NCBI RefSeq assembly: GCF_001457595.1
Contig: NZ_LN831039.1
Location: 690,001-722,000 of the forward strand
Direction: 5' to 3'
Origin: Mycolicibacterium smegmatis
GTDB lineage: Bacteria; Actinomycetota; Actinomycetes; Mycobacteriales; Mycobacteriaceae
Length of the DNA: 32,000 bases
Part shown: piece after piece, positions 9,310-18,218 of the stretch
Position numbering within the stretch: position 1 is the first letter of the stretch
How the letters are laid out: every line of letters begins with the position of its first letter
Made by a program: the position numbers and the translations under genes
The notes under the pieces: model-generated
The model's database searches: none
Told to the model about the DNA's origin: nothing
The model's input: only the letters and a program-made list of their open reading frames with translations

Positions 9310-9698
9310 AGCGCACTCCTTCACACCGTTGCCGGTCGAGCGGGTGCGGCGGTTGTCCAGTATCGGGGCGCCCACGACCACCCGCCGGGTCCACGTAGGG
9401 CTTCCTTCGCAGATCGCGCATCTGGGAATCGACCGTGCCGAACAAGAGTGCTACGTCTGGGCACTCGAGCCCCATCGGCGAAGTGTCACGGACGTCCGCA
9501 CCGTCGCCGACACAACGTCAAGTGCCCGAGCTTCCGGACGCTCTTCAGTGGCGCCGACTTGACGAAGTAACGCGATAAACGCCGCAACGTGTGACACCAC
9601 GTATGTGCCGGCGAGCGGTGATCGCTCGGCAGGATTGACCATGTCCGACGAGCCGAAGCCGGACGACACGTGAGAGCTGTATGACGAAGGGCGGTTAG

Positions 9699-11339
9699 AT
9701 GAGCCACGCAACGAACCCGATCAAGGACCCCTCCTGGGGCTCCTCGGCCGAGGACGTACGAGTCGTCGACGCCGTCGTCGTCGGCGCCGGCATGGGCGGG
9801 ATGTACGCAGTCAAGCGACTCGTCGGCGAGGGCCGCACGGTCATCGCCTTCGAGGGCGCGCCAGACGTCGGCGGTGTATGGCTCCACAATCGGTATCCGG
9901 GTGCGCGCGTCGACATCGAGGCCTACTACTACTGCTACTTCGACCCGGAGCTGTACGGCACCTGGCGCTGGACGGAGCGCTACCCCGCACAGCCGGAAAT
10001 CCTTGCGTACCTTCGGCATTACGCCGACCACCACGACATACGTCGGCACTTCCGGTTCTCGACCTGGGTCGAGCAGATGCTCTGGGACCCGGAGGAGGAG
10101 CTCTGGCGGATCCGCACCAGCACCGGCCAGTCTGTTGCCGCCCGTCACGTCTTGATGGCGACAGGTCAGCTGTCGAAGTCGCGGGAGCTGCCGTTCCCCG
10201 GTAGCGAGGACTTCACCGGCGAGTGGGTGGAGACGTCGCACTGGCCGGACCGGCCGGTGGAGATCGCGGGCAAGCGAGTCGCCGTCATCGGCACCGGCTC
10301 TTCCGGTGTCCAGGTCATCACCGAGGTGGCGAAGGAGGCAGCCAGCCTCCATGTCTTCCAACGCACGCCAAACTACGTCGTGCCGTCGCAGAACGCGCCG
10401 ATCGACCATGAGAAGTACGCCGACATCGCGGCCCGGCTCCCCGAAGTCTGGCAGCAGGTCCAGGGCAGCAGCACCGCCTACCTGGCACCCACCAGCGACA
10501 CTCCCGCCACCGAGCTCTCGCCCGAGGAACAGCTCAAACGCCTCGAGTCGCAGTGGGAGTTCGGCGGCCTCGCCATGACGTTCGCCTTCCCGGACCAGCG
10601 CACCGACTGGACGGTGAACGACATCGTCTCCAATTACGTCCGCGAGAAGATCCGCTCGTCGATCAGCGACCCCGAGCTCGCCGCAGTCCTCGAGCCCAAG
10701 GACTACCCCATCGGGACGCGCAGGCTCTGCGTCTGCAACGGCTACTACGAGACCTACAACCGGCCGAACGTCGAGCTGGTGAACCTGCGCGAGGAACCCA
10801 TCGAGCGGATCACGCCGACGGGGATCCGCACGTCCAGCGGCGAGTACGAGTTCGACCTGATCATCTCCGCGCTCGGATTCGACGCCTTCACGGGGCCGAT
10901 CGACGCGATCGACATCCGAAACGAGCACGGCGCCCGCCCGACGGAGTCCTGGCAGCGCGGCCCGCACTCGTACCTCGGCCTGATGCTGCACGGGTTCCCG
11001 AACCTGTACCTGCTCACCGGTCCGGGAAGTCCGTCGGTGCTGGTGAACTTCAACGTGCACAACGTGTACCACGTCGACGTCGTGACGGACCTGATCGGCT
11101 ACATGGAGCGGAACGGCTTGACGTCCGTGCAGCCGACGCTGGCTGCGCAGGAGGACTGGAAGCAGCGCAGCCAGGCGGTGGCAGACGGCCTGATCCGCAA
11201 GCAGGTCGAGAACTACATGACCCACGTGAACGAGGACGGAACGCGTTTCTTCATCCCCTACGCCGGCGGCTGGGGCAACTACGTCCAGATCGTCGACGAC
11301 GTGGTCGCGCGCGGGTACGAGGGGTTCGAGTTCCGATAG
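9699..11339 (+). CDS. Flavin-containing monooxygenase, Baeyer-Villiger monooxygenase-like
   Basis: 546 aa. VVGAGMGGMYAVKRL (FAD), GGVWLHNRYPGARVDIEAYYYCY, VIGTGSSGVQVI (NADPH), FTGEWVETSHWPD in place of the BVMO fingerprint. Confidence 0.85.
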   Translation: MSHATNPIKDPSWGSSAEDVRVVDAVVVGAGMGGMYAVKRLVGEGRTVIAFEGAPDVGGVWLHNRYPGARVDIEAYYYCYFDPELYGTWRWTERYPAQPEILAYLRHYADHHDIRRHFRFSTWVEQMLWDPEEELWRIRTSTGQSVAARHVLMATGQLSKSRELPFPGSEDFTGEWVETSHWPDRPVEIAGKRVAVIGTGSSGVQVITEVAKEAASLHVFQRTPNYVVPSQNAPIDHEKYADIAARLPEVWQQVQGSSTAYLAPTSDTPATELSPEEQLKRLESQWEFGGLAMTFAFPDQRTDWTVNDIVSNYVREKIRSSISDPELAAVLEPKDYPIGTRRLCVCNGYYETYNRPNVELVNLREEPIERITPTGIRTSSGEYEFDLIISALGFDAFTGPIDAIDIRNEHGARPTESWQRGPHSYLGLMLHGFPNLYLLTGPGSPSVLVNFNVHNVYHVDVVTDLIGYMERNGLTSVQPTLAAQEDWKQRSQAVADGLIRKQVENYMTHVNEDGTRFFIPYAGGWGNYVQIVDDVVARGYEGFEFR

Positions 11340-11381
11340 TGCCCCTTGGGGTGGTGGACTTCGGATCGGCGTGGGTGCACG

Positions 11382-12706
11382 CGTGGTGATCAACGAGTCG
11401 TGGTGAATGTTAGGCGATTTGACGTTGTTCGGCGATGGGTTCGGCGGCGGCCTGTTTGTCGGCGATGACTTTGCGCAGTTCGGCCATGGAGACCTCGGAC
11501 AGATAGCGGCGGGTGACCTGCCATTCGTCGTGGGCTTCGATGACCACGGCGGTGGCCAACCGTAGGAACGCGGCCGGGTTGGGGAAGATCTCGACGACAT
11601 CGGCGCGACGTTTGATCTCCTTGTTGAGCCGCTCGATGGGGTTGTTCGACCAGATCTTCTGCCAGTGAGTGCGCGGGAACGCGGTGAACGCCAGCACGTC
11701 GGCTTTCGCCTCGTCCATCATCGCGGCCACTTTCGGGAAGCTCGCAGCTAGCGTATCGGCGACCTGATCCCATTGCGCGGCGACGTCGGCGGGATCGGTG
11801 TGGGCGAAGATCGTTTTGACCGCCGCGGTCACCGCCGGTGCGTGTTTGGCGGCCACCGCGCCGTGCAGGTTGCGCATGAAATGCACCCGGCATCGCTGCC
11901 AGGACGAGCCGGTGAACTGCTGGGCGACGGCGGCTTTCAAGCCCGCGTGGGCATCGGAGATCACCAGATGCACCCCGCTCAGGCCGCGGGCTTTGAGCGA
12001 GGCCAGGAACTCGCGCCAGAACTCAAAGGACTCGCTATCGCCGACGGCGGTGCCCAACACCTCGCGGGTGCCGTCGATGGAGACGCCGGTGGCCACCACC
12101 AGGGCCTGGGACACCACGTGCGCTCCGATGCGGACCTTGCAGAACGTGGCGTCGCAGAACACGTACGGAAACGAGGTGTGGTTCAGGCTGCGGGTGCGAA
12201 ACGCGTCGATCTCCTTATCGAGGCCGGCGCAGATGCGCGAGACTTCGGATTTCGAGACACCGGAACCCACACCGAGTGCCGCCACGAGGTCATCGACGCT
12301 GCGGGTCGACACACCGTTGAACGTAGGCCTCCATGATCACCGCGTGCAGCGCCCTATCGATGCGGCGACGCCGTTCCAGCAGCGAGGGAAAGAACGACCC
12401 GGCCCGCAGTTTGGGGATCTGGACCTCGACATCGCCGGCAGTGGTCGACACCGTCTTGGGCCGGTGCCCATTGCGGTGGGTGGCGCGCCCGTCAGTGCGT
12501 TGGTAGCGGCCCGCGCCGATCACCTCGGTGGCTTCAGCCTCGATCAGCGCCTGCAGACCGGCGCGGATCAACTCGGCGAACACCGCCCCGGCATCAGCAG
12601 ACTTGAGCGCATCGAGCTGGGCAAGCAGGGCAGAATGATCCTGGGTCATCGCGTGGTATGTCTTCCTGTTGAGTCACTTGGTAGGTAACTCACTGACCAC
12701 TACGCG
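11382..12706 (-). mobile_element. IS256-family insertion sequence (boundaries tentative)
   Basis: Encodes IS256-family transposase in two frames. Imperfect terminal inverted repeats: CGCGTGGTGATCAACGAGT (11382-11400) versus reverse complement of 12688-12706 CGCGTAGTGGTCAGTGAGT, 15/19 identical. No convincing target duplication seen. Confidence 0.65.
11410..12649 (-). pseudogene. IS256-family transposase interrupted by a frameshift
   Basis: N-terminal part 12290..12649 (RNGHRPKTVSTTAGDVEVQIPKLRAGSFFP...ALHAVIMEAYV) and C-terminal part 11410..12312 (STRSVDDLVAALG...SKSEVSRIC...VCDATFCKVRIGAHVVSQALVVATG...WQRCRVHFMRN) are one protein split near 12300 by one extra base. Confidence 0.88.
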
Positions 12707-13407
12707 ATGGCCCACCCCAAAGCCCTCAACGACACACCGGACACAGCCCAGCCCGGCCAGCCGCAGACCCGAAACCCCACCACCCCAGGGGACTTACCCC
12801 GAGTTCCACGCCGCGCGGGATGCCGACGACTCTGCGTCGGTACACGGGACCGTCGACGTGGCTACGGTCTGACCCAGCGCGATCCGCTGGTCTGGCGAGA
12901 CGTCTTCAGTGCTGCCACTGGAACTGCTGACGAACGGCGCAGTGGTCGCGACTGGACCCAACTGCGGCTACGAGCGACTTGCTGGCGAGGCGGCCATGTC
13001 GAGGGCATCGAGGAACTCCCCCGGTACGGGCTCCCAGGTGCGGGGCCATCGGCCCGCGTTGTGACGGGCGTGCAGCGAGTCGATGAGTTTGGCAACACAG
13101 TGTCCTCAGAGAGCTGCGTCGGGATGCATACGCTCCGAGAACGGCCGTCATCGCGGCCATGCGCGCCGGACTGCGCAAGCGGCACTGAAGCGTGCGGCGT
13201 CGGCCGGCAGCGTTGACGCCTCCTTCGAGAGTGCGGCCCATCGTCACCGACCGTCGTTGACCCGACAGCATGATCATGTTCTGCTCGTCGGAGCTGACAA
13301 CCTGTCACTAGGTGCTGGACGACTCACCATCGAGGATGACCTGATACCGTCGCCGGCGCACGTGCTCGGCTCGCCGAGCAGATCCTCGAGAAGGGTTGTC
13401 ATTTCCC

Positions 13408-14847
13408 ATGTCTGACGAACTTGTATCCTGCGACACGTCCAAGCCCGTTGGGGCGCAACGCCTCAGCGGCTCAATGGGGGTATGGGGAATCGTCTTCATT
13501 GTCGCCGCCTTCGCGGGCCCTCTTGGCGCCATGGGCGGTACAGTGCCGATTGGCATCAACGCCGGTAACGGAATCGGACTCCCCGCGACCTTCATCGTGA
13601 GCACCTGCATCCTGCTGCTGTTCTCGGTCGCTTTCACGGCGCTGACACCGTATGTGCCGAATGCGGGTGCCTTCTATTCCTATATCGGCACCGGGCTGGG
13701 GCGCCGGACTGGGTTCGGGACTGCCTTCCTGGCGTTGCTGGCCTACCTCGCTGTCCTGGTCGGCGTATACGGCCTTCTAGGTTCAGGTATCACCGCGCTG
13801 CTCGCGTCGTGGGGTGTCAGCGCTCCGTGGTGGGTGGGCTCTTACGTATGCATGGTCGCGACCGCGTCCCTGGGATACCGCAACATCGACTTGTCCAAGA
13901 AGGTGCTCGGCGTCTTGCTGGTCGCCGAGGTGGGAATCGTCCTGGCGCTCGATGCGGCTGTCTTCGCCAACGGTGGTGGCCCGGAGGGTATGTCGCGCGG
14001 CTTCACCGCACCCGAGGCTTTGCTATCAGGAGCACCCGGGCTGGCACTGTTGTTCTGCTTCCTGAGCTTCTTGGGGTTCGAGGCCACGGCGGTCTTTCGT
14101 GACGAGTGCCGCGACCCTAACCGCACGATCCCGATAGCGACCTATCTCGCGGTGACCCTGGTCGGGGTGTTCTACGTGGTATCCACGTGGGCGCTGATCT
14201 CTGCCTGGGGCGACCAGGAGGCGGTCAGAATCGCCGCCGCGGATCCGGTTGCAATGCTTCCCGGTGCCGTGGCGCACTACCTGGGCGGCACCGCAGAACA
14301 CGTCGTCCAGGTGCTGTTCGTGACAAGTCTTTTCGCATGTCTGCTGTCCATCCAGAACGTGTCCTCCCGTTACGTGTTCAACATCTCGAATCGGGGGGCA
14401 TTGCCGGCAGTACTGGGCACGCGCCACGAACGGCACGGGTCACCCTCCACCGCTTCCCACGTCGTGACCGTGATCGCAGCCGTCTTCGTCCTCGTGGCGA
14501 TCGTGACCCGCCTGGATCCCGCGACCGAGCTCTACGGCTGGTTCGCGGGCGCCACAACTGTCGGGTTCATCGTGATGCTCCTCGGCACCACCCTGTCGGC
14601 GCTGGTCTTCTTCGGTCGACGATGGCGCTCGGGCGCTCTCGATGAATCGTTTGGCCGAGTCATTGTTGTCCCCTTGGTGGCCCTGGTCTGTCTGGTCGCA
14701 GTGTTTGTGCTGGTCCTCCAAAACCTGCGCGATCTCGTCGGGGGATCGCGGCCGGTGGCATGGGCCGTGCTCGGGTCACTGGCGCTGGCCTTCGCCTGGG
14801 GGTTCACCGTGGCGACCCGGCGCCCCGAACTATCCCTCGACGACTGA
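13408..14847 (+). CDS. APC superfamily permease (amino acid/amine transporter)
   Basis: Multi-pass hydrophobic protein: GVWGIVFIVAAFAGPLGAMGGTVPIGINAGNG..., GLALLFCFLSFLGFEATAVFRDECRDPNRTIPIATYLAV. ATG at 13408 preferred over upstream TTG 13396. Confidence 0.88.
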   Translation: MSDELVSCDTSKPVGAQRLSGSMGVWGIVFIVAAFAGPLGAMGGTVPIGINAGNGIGLPATFIVSTCILLLFSVAFTALTPYVPNAGAFYSYIGTGLGRRTGFGTAFLALLAYLAVLVGVYGLLGSGITALLASWGVSAPWWVGSYVCMVATASLGYRNIDLSKKVLGVLLVAEVGIVLALDAAVFANGGGPEGMSRGFTAPEALLSGAPGLALLFCFLSFLGFEATAVFRDECRDPNRTIPIATYLAVTLVGVFYVVSTWALISAWGDQEAVRIAAADPVAMLPGAVAHYLGGTAEHVVQVLFVTSLFACLLSIQNVSSRYVFNISNRGALPAVLGTRHERHGSPSTASHVVTVIAAVFVLVAIVTRLDPATELYGWFAGATTVGFIVMLLGTTLSALVFFGRRWRSGALDESFGRVIVVPLVALVCLVAVFVLVLQNLRDLVGGSRPVAWAVLGSLALAFAWGFTVATRRPELSLDD

Positions 14848-14933
14848 AGTTCGGAGAGGGGCCGCACACGACGGCTGTTGACGAACCGTCATGGCGTCCT
14901 CGCGCACGGTTGACACGAGGCGGATTGTCTGGC

Positions 14934-14949
14934 GCCCGCGATCGCGGGC
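14934..14949. repeat. 16-bp perfect palindrome GCCCGCGATCGCGGGC
   Basis: Read directly upstream of the second dimethylformamidase-like gene. Confidence 0.4.
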
Positions 14950-14994
14950 AGATTGGAAGTTCGTCAATGGGAACACGATGACAGCCGTGACGTC

Positions 14995-15022
14995 GGCACC
15001 GGCACCCGCCCGTGCCGGTGCC
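14995..15022 (+). promoter_or_regulatory. Leader hairpin GGCACCGGCAC-CCGCCC-GTGCCGGTGCC
   Basis: Perfect 11-bp stem with 6-nt loop, ending 35 nt before the ATG at 15058. Confidence 0.5.
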
Positions 15023-15057
15023 CCGGTTATCGGTCAGCAAGACAGCGGAGGAGCAGG

Positions 15058-17253
15058 ATGAAGGTTGTCGGTTACGCAGACAAGTTGAGTGTCGAGCCTG
15101 GAGCGTCAATCACCTTCATGGTGAGTTCTGAGCCCGGCCGCTTCTCGGCTCGACTGGTCCGCCTCATCCATGGCGACACCAACCCGGCGGGACCGGGCTA
15201 CAAGGATGTGGCGGTTCCCAGCAGCTTGGACGGGGAGTACGACGGAGGCCTGCAGAAGCTGCGGACCGGTTCCTACATCCGGACCTCTGGCTCCACAGAG
15301 TTCGACGCGGCGGGGGACCTGACACTTCAGATGTGGATCTGTCCGACGCTCCCCAGCAAGGCTGTCCAAACGATCATCGCAAAGGGCAACGCCGACGACG
15401 ACGGGTTCGCGCTGCGACTCGAAGATGGTCGACTGACACTTCGCATGGGGACGACAGCTATCTCGGTCGATCAAACCGTCCGTGCTCACCAATGGTACTT
15501 CGTGTCAGCGGTTTACGAGTCCGCGTCAGGAACCGCACGTCTTGCGCTTGAGCCGAGCTCGGGCGTTACGGTAGGGCTTGCCGGGCACGTAACCGCGGCC
15601 ATGCCTGCCGGCCACGCATGGGGCACAGGAGCCTTGCTGATCGCAGGTGAGGCCACAGCCGATGGAGAAGTCGGCAACTTCTACAACGGCAAGATCGACG
15701 CCCCGAAAGTGTTCACGCGCGCGCTCAACGACGACGAGCTGGCAGCACTTCGCGATGACGACGCATCTGCGCCCACCGATGCGGCTGCGGCGTGGGATTT
15801 CTCTCAGGACATCAGCACGTGGTCGGTGGTCGATACCTCGGGCAACGGACACCACGGGGAGGTTGTCAACAAGCCGACGCGTGGGGTAACCGGCCGTAAC
15901 TGGTCTGGCCGAGAGCTCGCCTGGAAGCACGCGCCCGGGGAGTACGGCGCCATCCACTTCCACGACGACGACCTTTCCGACGCCGGCTGGAGGCCGTCAT
16001 TCGAGTGGACCGTTCCGTCCGATCTGCGTAGCGGCGTGTACGCCGTGCACCTCACGGCGGGCGACCACGAAGACTATGTTCCGTTTTTCGTCGTTCCGCC
16101 TCTCGGGCGCCCGACCGCGAAAATCGCGATTCTGCTTCCCGTCTTCAGCTATCTCGCGTACGGAAACGAGCAGATGCTCGGCCCGACGGGGGCGTATTCC
16201 GGTGCGCTGCCGAACTATCCGTGGCAGGAGCAGGACAAGTACGTGGTCGAGACGGGCATGCGGAGCCTGTATGACCGACACACCGACGGTAGCGGAGTGT
16301 GCTACTCCTCCTGGCTTCGGCCGGTCGTGAACATGCGGCCCAAGTACGACATGCCATTCCTTGATCTGGGCAAAGGCTCGCCGCACCAGTTCAACGCCGA
16401 CCTGCACCTCATCGACTGGCTGGAGGAGCGGGGTATCGAATACGACATCATCACAGACCTCGAGCTTCACCACGAGGGAGTGGAGCGTCTCAGAGATTAT
16501 CGCGTGGTTTCGACGGCAAGCCATAATGAGTACTGGTCAGAAGCGATGCTCGATGCGGCTGAGGCCTACGTCAATGGAGGCGGCCGGTTCATCTATCTCT
16601 CTGGTAATGGGCTGTATTGGGTCACTGCGCTTGACGGGACCGGGACCGGAGTGGAGATCCGTCGCTGCGGACCCGCGCAGCGTACTTGGAACGCCGCGCC
16701 AGGCGAATCGTCGCTCAGCAGTACCGGTGAGCCCGGGGGACTTTGGCGTTTTCGCGGTCGCCCTCCCCAGCGATTCCTTGGCGTCGGCTCGATTGCCGAA
16801 GGAGGCAGCGTCGGACGGCCGTACGATCGGCAACCGGCGAGCTTCGACCCGAAAGTGGCGTTCATCTTCGACGGCATCGGCGACGACGAGCAGATCGGTG
16901 CCTTCGACTGCCTGGTAAACAGCTGGGGTGCTGCAGGATTCGAGATCTGCCAGACCAACGCCGCGCTCGGCACACCCGAGCACACGATGGTCCTTGCCAG
17001 CGCCAGGGATTTCGACACCGACGACTGGGCGGTCTTCAGCGAGGAGCTCCAGCTGTCCGCAATCTGGGACGGCGAGATCCGAGCGGACATGGTCTTTCTT
17101 GAATACCCCAACGGCGGAGCAGTTTTCGGTGTCGGATCGATAGCGTGGTGCGCCTGTCTGTCGTACAACTCCTACGACAACAACGTCTCGCGGCTCACCG
17201 AGAATGTCTTCCGGGGATTTGTGGCCGAACAATTGCCGACCTCGGGCAGCTGA
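15058..17253 (+). CDS. N,N-dimethylformamidase large (beta) subunit-like protein, second paralog
   Basis: 731 aa from ATG 15058 preceded by GGAGGAG: MKVVGYADKLSVEPG..., NGKIDAPKVFTRALNDDEL, YGAIHFHDDDLSDAGW, GKGSPHQFNADLHLIDWL, SHNEYWSE. Shares long motifs with 960..3272. Confidence 0.83.
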   Translation: MKVVGYADKLSVEPGASITFMVSSEPGRFSARLVRLIHGDTNPAGPGYKDVAVPSSLDGEYDGGLQKLRTGSYIRTSGSTEFDAAGDLTLQMWICPTLPSKAVQTIIAKGNADDDGFALRLEDGRLTLRMGTTAISVDQTVRAHQWYFVSAVYESASGTARLALEPSSGVTVGLAGHVTAAMPAGHAWGTGALLIAGEATADGEVGNFYNGKIDAPKVFTRALNDDELAALRDDDASAPTDAAAAWDFSQDISTWSVVDTSGNGHHGEVVNKPTRGVTGRNWSGRELAWKHAPGEYGAIHFHDDDLSDAGWRPSFEWTVPSDLRSGVYAVHLTAGDHEDYVPFFVVPPLGRPTAKIAILLPVFSYLAYGNEQMLGPTGAYSGALPNYPWQEQDKYVVETGMRSLYDRHTDGSGVCYSSWLRPVVNMRPKYDMPFLDLGKGSPHQFNADLHLIDWLEERGIEYDIITDLELHHEGVERLRDYRVVSTASHNEYWSEAMLDAAEAYVNGGGRFIYLSGNGLYWVTALDGTGTGVEIRRCGPAQRTWNAAPGESSLSSTGEPGGLWRFRGRPPQRFLGVGSIAEGGSVGRPYDRQPASFDPKVAFIFDGIGDDEQIGAFDCLVNSWGAAGFEICQTNAALGTPEHTMVLASARDFDTDDWAVFSEELQLSAIWDGEIRADMVFLEYPNGGAVFGVGSIAWCACLSYNSYDNNVSRLTENVFRGFVAEQLPTSGS

Positions 17254-17375
17254 ACTCGCCCTGCTGCCTCGCGCCGGCGACAGCCGACGCACCGGCTGTT
17301 GAAACTGGGCGAAAGAGCTCGCGCACAAGGACCCTCCGGGTTTGGACGCTTGGTGTCAGATGGGAGGACGGTGCA

Positions 17376-17714
17376 GTGAAGCGGTGGGCCCTGTTGGGGA
17401 CTGCCATAGCCTTTGAGCTCACCGGGACGCTGGCCCTGCGTGCGTCTCACGACAACAAGGGATGGCTGGTACTGGCAGTCATCGGCTACGTCTGCGCGTT
17501 TGTGGGGCTGACGCTGGTTCTTCGGACCGGCCTCGCTGTCGGGGTGGCGTACGGAATCTGGGGGGCGGTCGGCACCGCCGGCACCGCCGCCTTGGCGGCC
17601 GTCTTCTTCGACGAGCCGCTGACTTGGCCCATCGTGGGTGGGATCGCGCTGATCATCGCCGGGGTGATGTTCGTCGAACTGGGCTCGCACTCACCGAAGG
17701 AGCAGTCCACATGA
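17376..17714 (+). CDS. Small multidrug resistance (SMR) family transporter, subunit 1
   Basis: 112 aa, four predicted hydrophobic helices, conserved membrane Glu14 (AIAFELTGTLALRAS), VGVAYGIWGAVG. GTG start. Confidence 0.85.
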   Translation: MKRWALLGTAIAFELTGTLALRASHDNKGWLVLAVIGYVCAFVGLTLVLRTGLAVGVAYGIWGAVGTAGTAALAAVFFDEPLTWPIVGGIALIIAGVMFVELGSHSPKEQST

Positions 17715-18049
17715 TGTGGTTTGTGTTGGGGGCAGCGATCGTCATCGAGGTGGGGGCCACCTTGGCCCTGCGTGCTTCGGAGGGATTCCGCAGAAAGCGG
17801 TGGATTGCGCCAGTCTTGTCCGGTTACGCCGTGTCGCTTTCTCTGCTGTGGGTGTCCCTGAGCCTGGGCATGCCGGTGGGTGTGGCGTATGGCGTCTGGA
17901 CCGCATGCGGCGTAGCGCTGGTCGCGATAGTGGCGCGCTTCCTGTTCAACGACCCGTTGACCATGAAGATGGCAATCGGGATCACCTTCATCGTCTCTGG
18001 TGTGCTCGCGATCGAGCTCGCCGGTGTACCCGGTCTTGGGGCTAGCTAG
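17711..18049 (+). CDS. Small multidrug resistance (SMR) family transporter, subunit 2
   Basis: MMWFVLGAAIVIEVGATLALRAS...VGVAYGVWTACGVALVAI...NDPLTMKMAIGITFIVSGVLAIEL. ATG at 17711 overlaps the stop of subunit 1 (ATGA). Confidence 0.85.
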   Translation: MMWFVLGAAIVIEVGATLALRASEGFRRKRWIAPVLSGYAVSLSLLWVSLSLGMPVGVAYGVWTACGVALVAIVARFLFNDPLTMKMAIGITFIVSGVLAIELAGVPGLGAS

Positions 18050-18160
18050 CTAGCTAGGGACACGATCTGTATGGCGACCCGTCAGCGCTGAGCTGTCGCT
18101 CCACGGGTGTGTGTGGTGGTTCAACGAACTGCCGTGGCCCGCGGTCGCGCGGTGAGTCAC

Positions 18161-18206
18161 GCAGTGGCGTGCGGTATCCCGTTGAGGCAATACCGCACGC
18201 CACTGC
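18161..18206. terminator. Bidirectional intrinsic-type terminator between convergent SMR pair and MFS gene
   Basis: Perfect 17-bp inverted repeat GCAGTGGCGTGCGGTAT / ATACCGCACGCCACTGC with 12-nt loop CCCGTTGAGGCA. Confidence 0.75.
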
Positions 18207-18218
18207 CACCCAGTCCGT

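Noticed and set aside
8443-9570. 375-aa plus-strand ORF
   Set aside because: Antisense to pdxS; His/Arg-rich with no homology pattern.
9486-11600. 704-aa minus-strand ORF
   Set aside because: Antisense shadow of the Baeyer-Villiger-like gene; composition is low-complexity Arg/Val/His-rich with no recognisable domain.
11773-12688. Plus-strand ORFs across the IS256-family element
   Set aside because: Antisense to the transposase; no independent coding evidence.
12707-13395. Overlapping ORFs on both strands between the IS element and the permease
   Set aside because: No frame shows a recognisable domain or consistent ribosome binding site. Possibly degraded sequence, but I cannot identify it.
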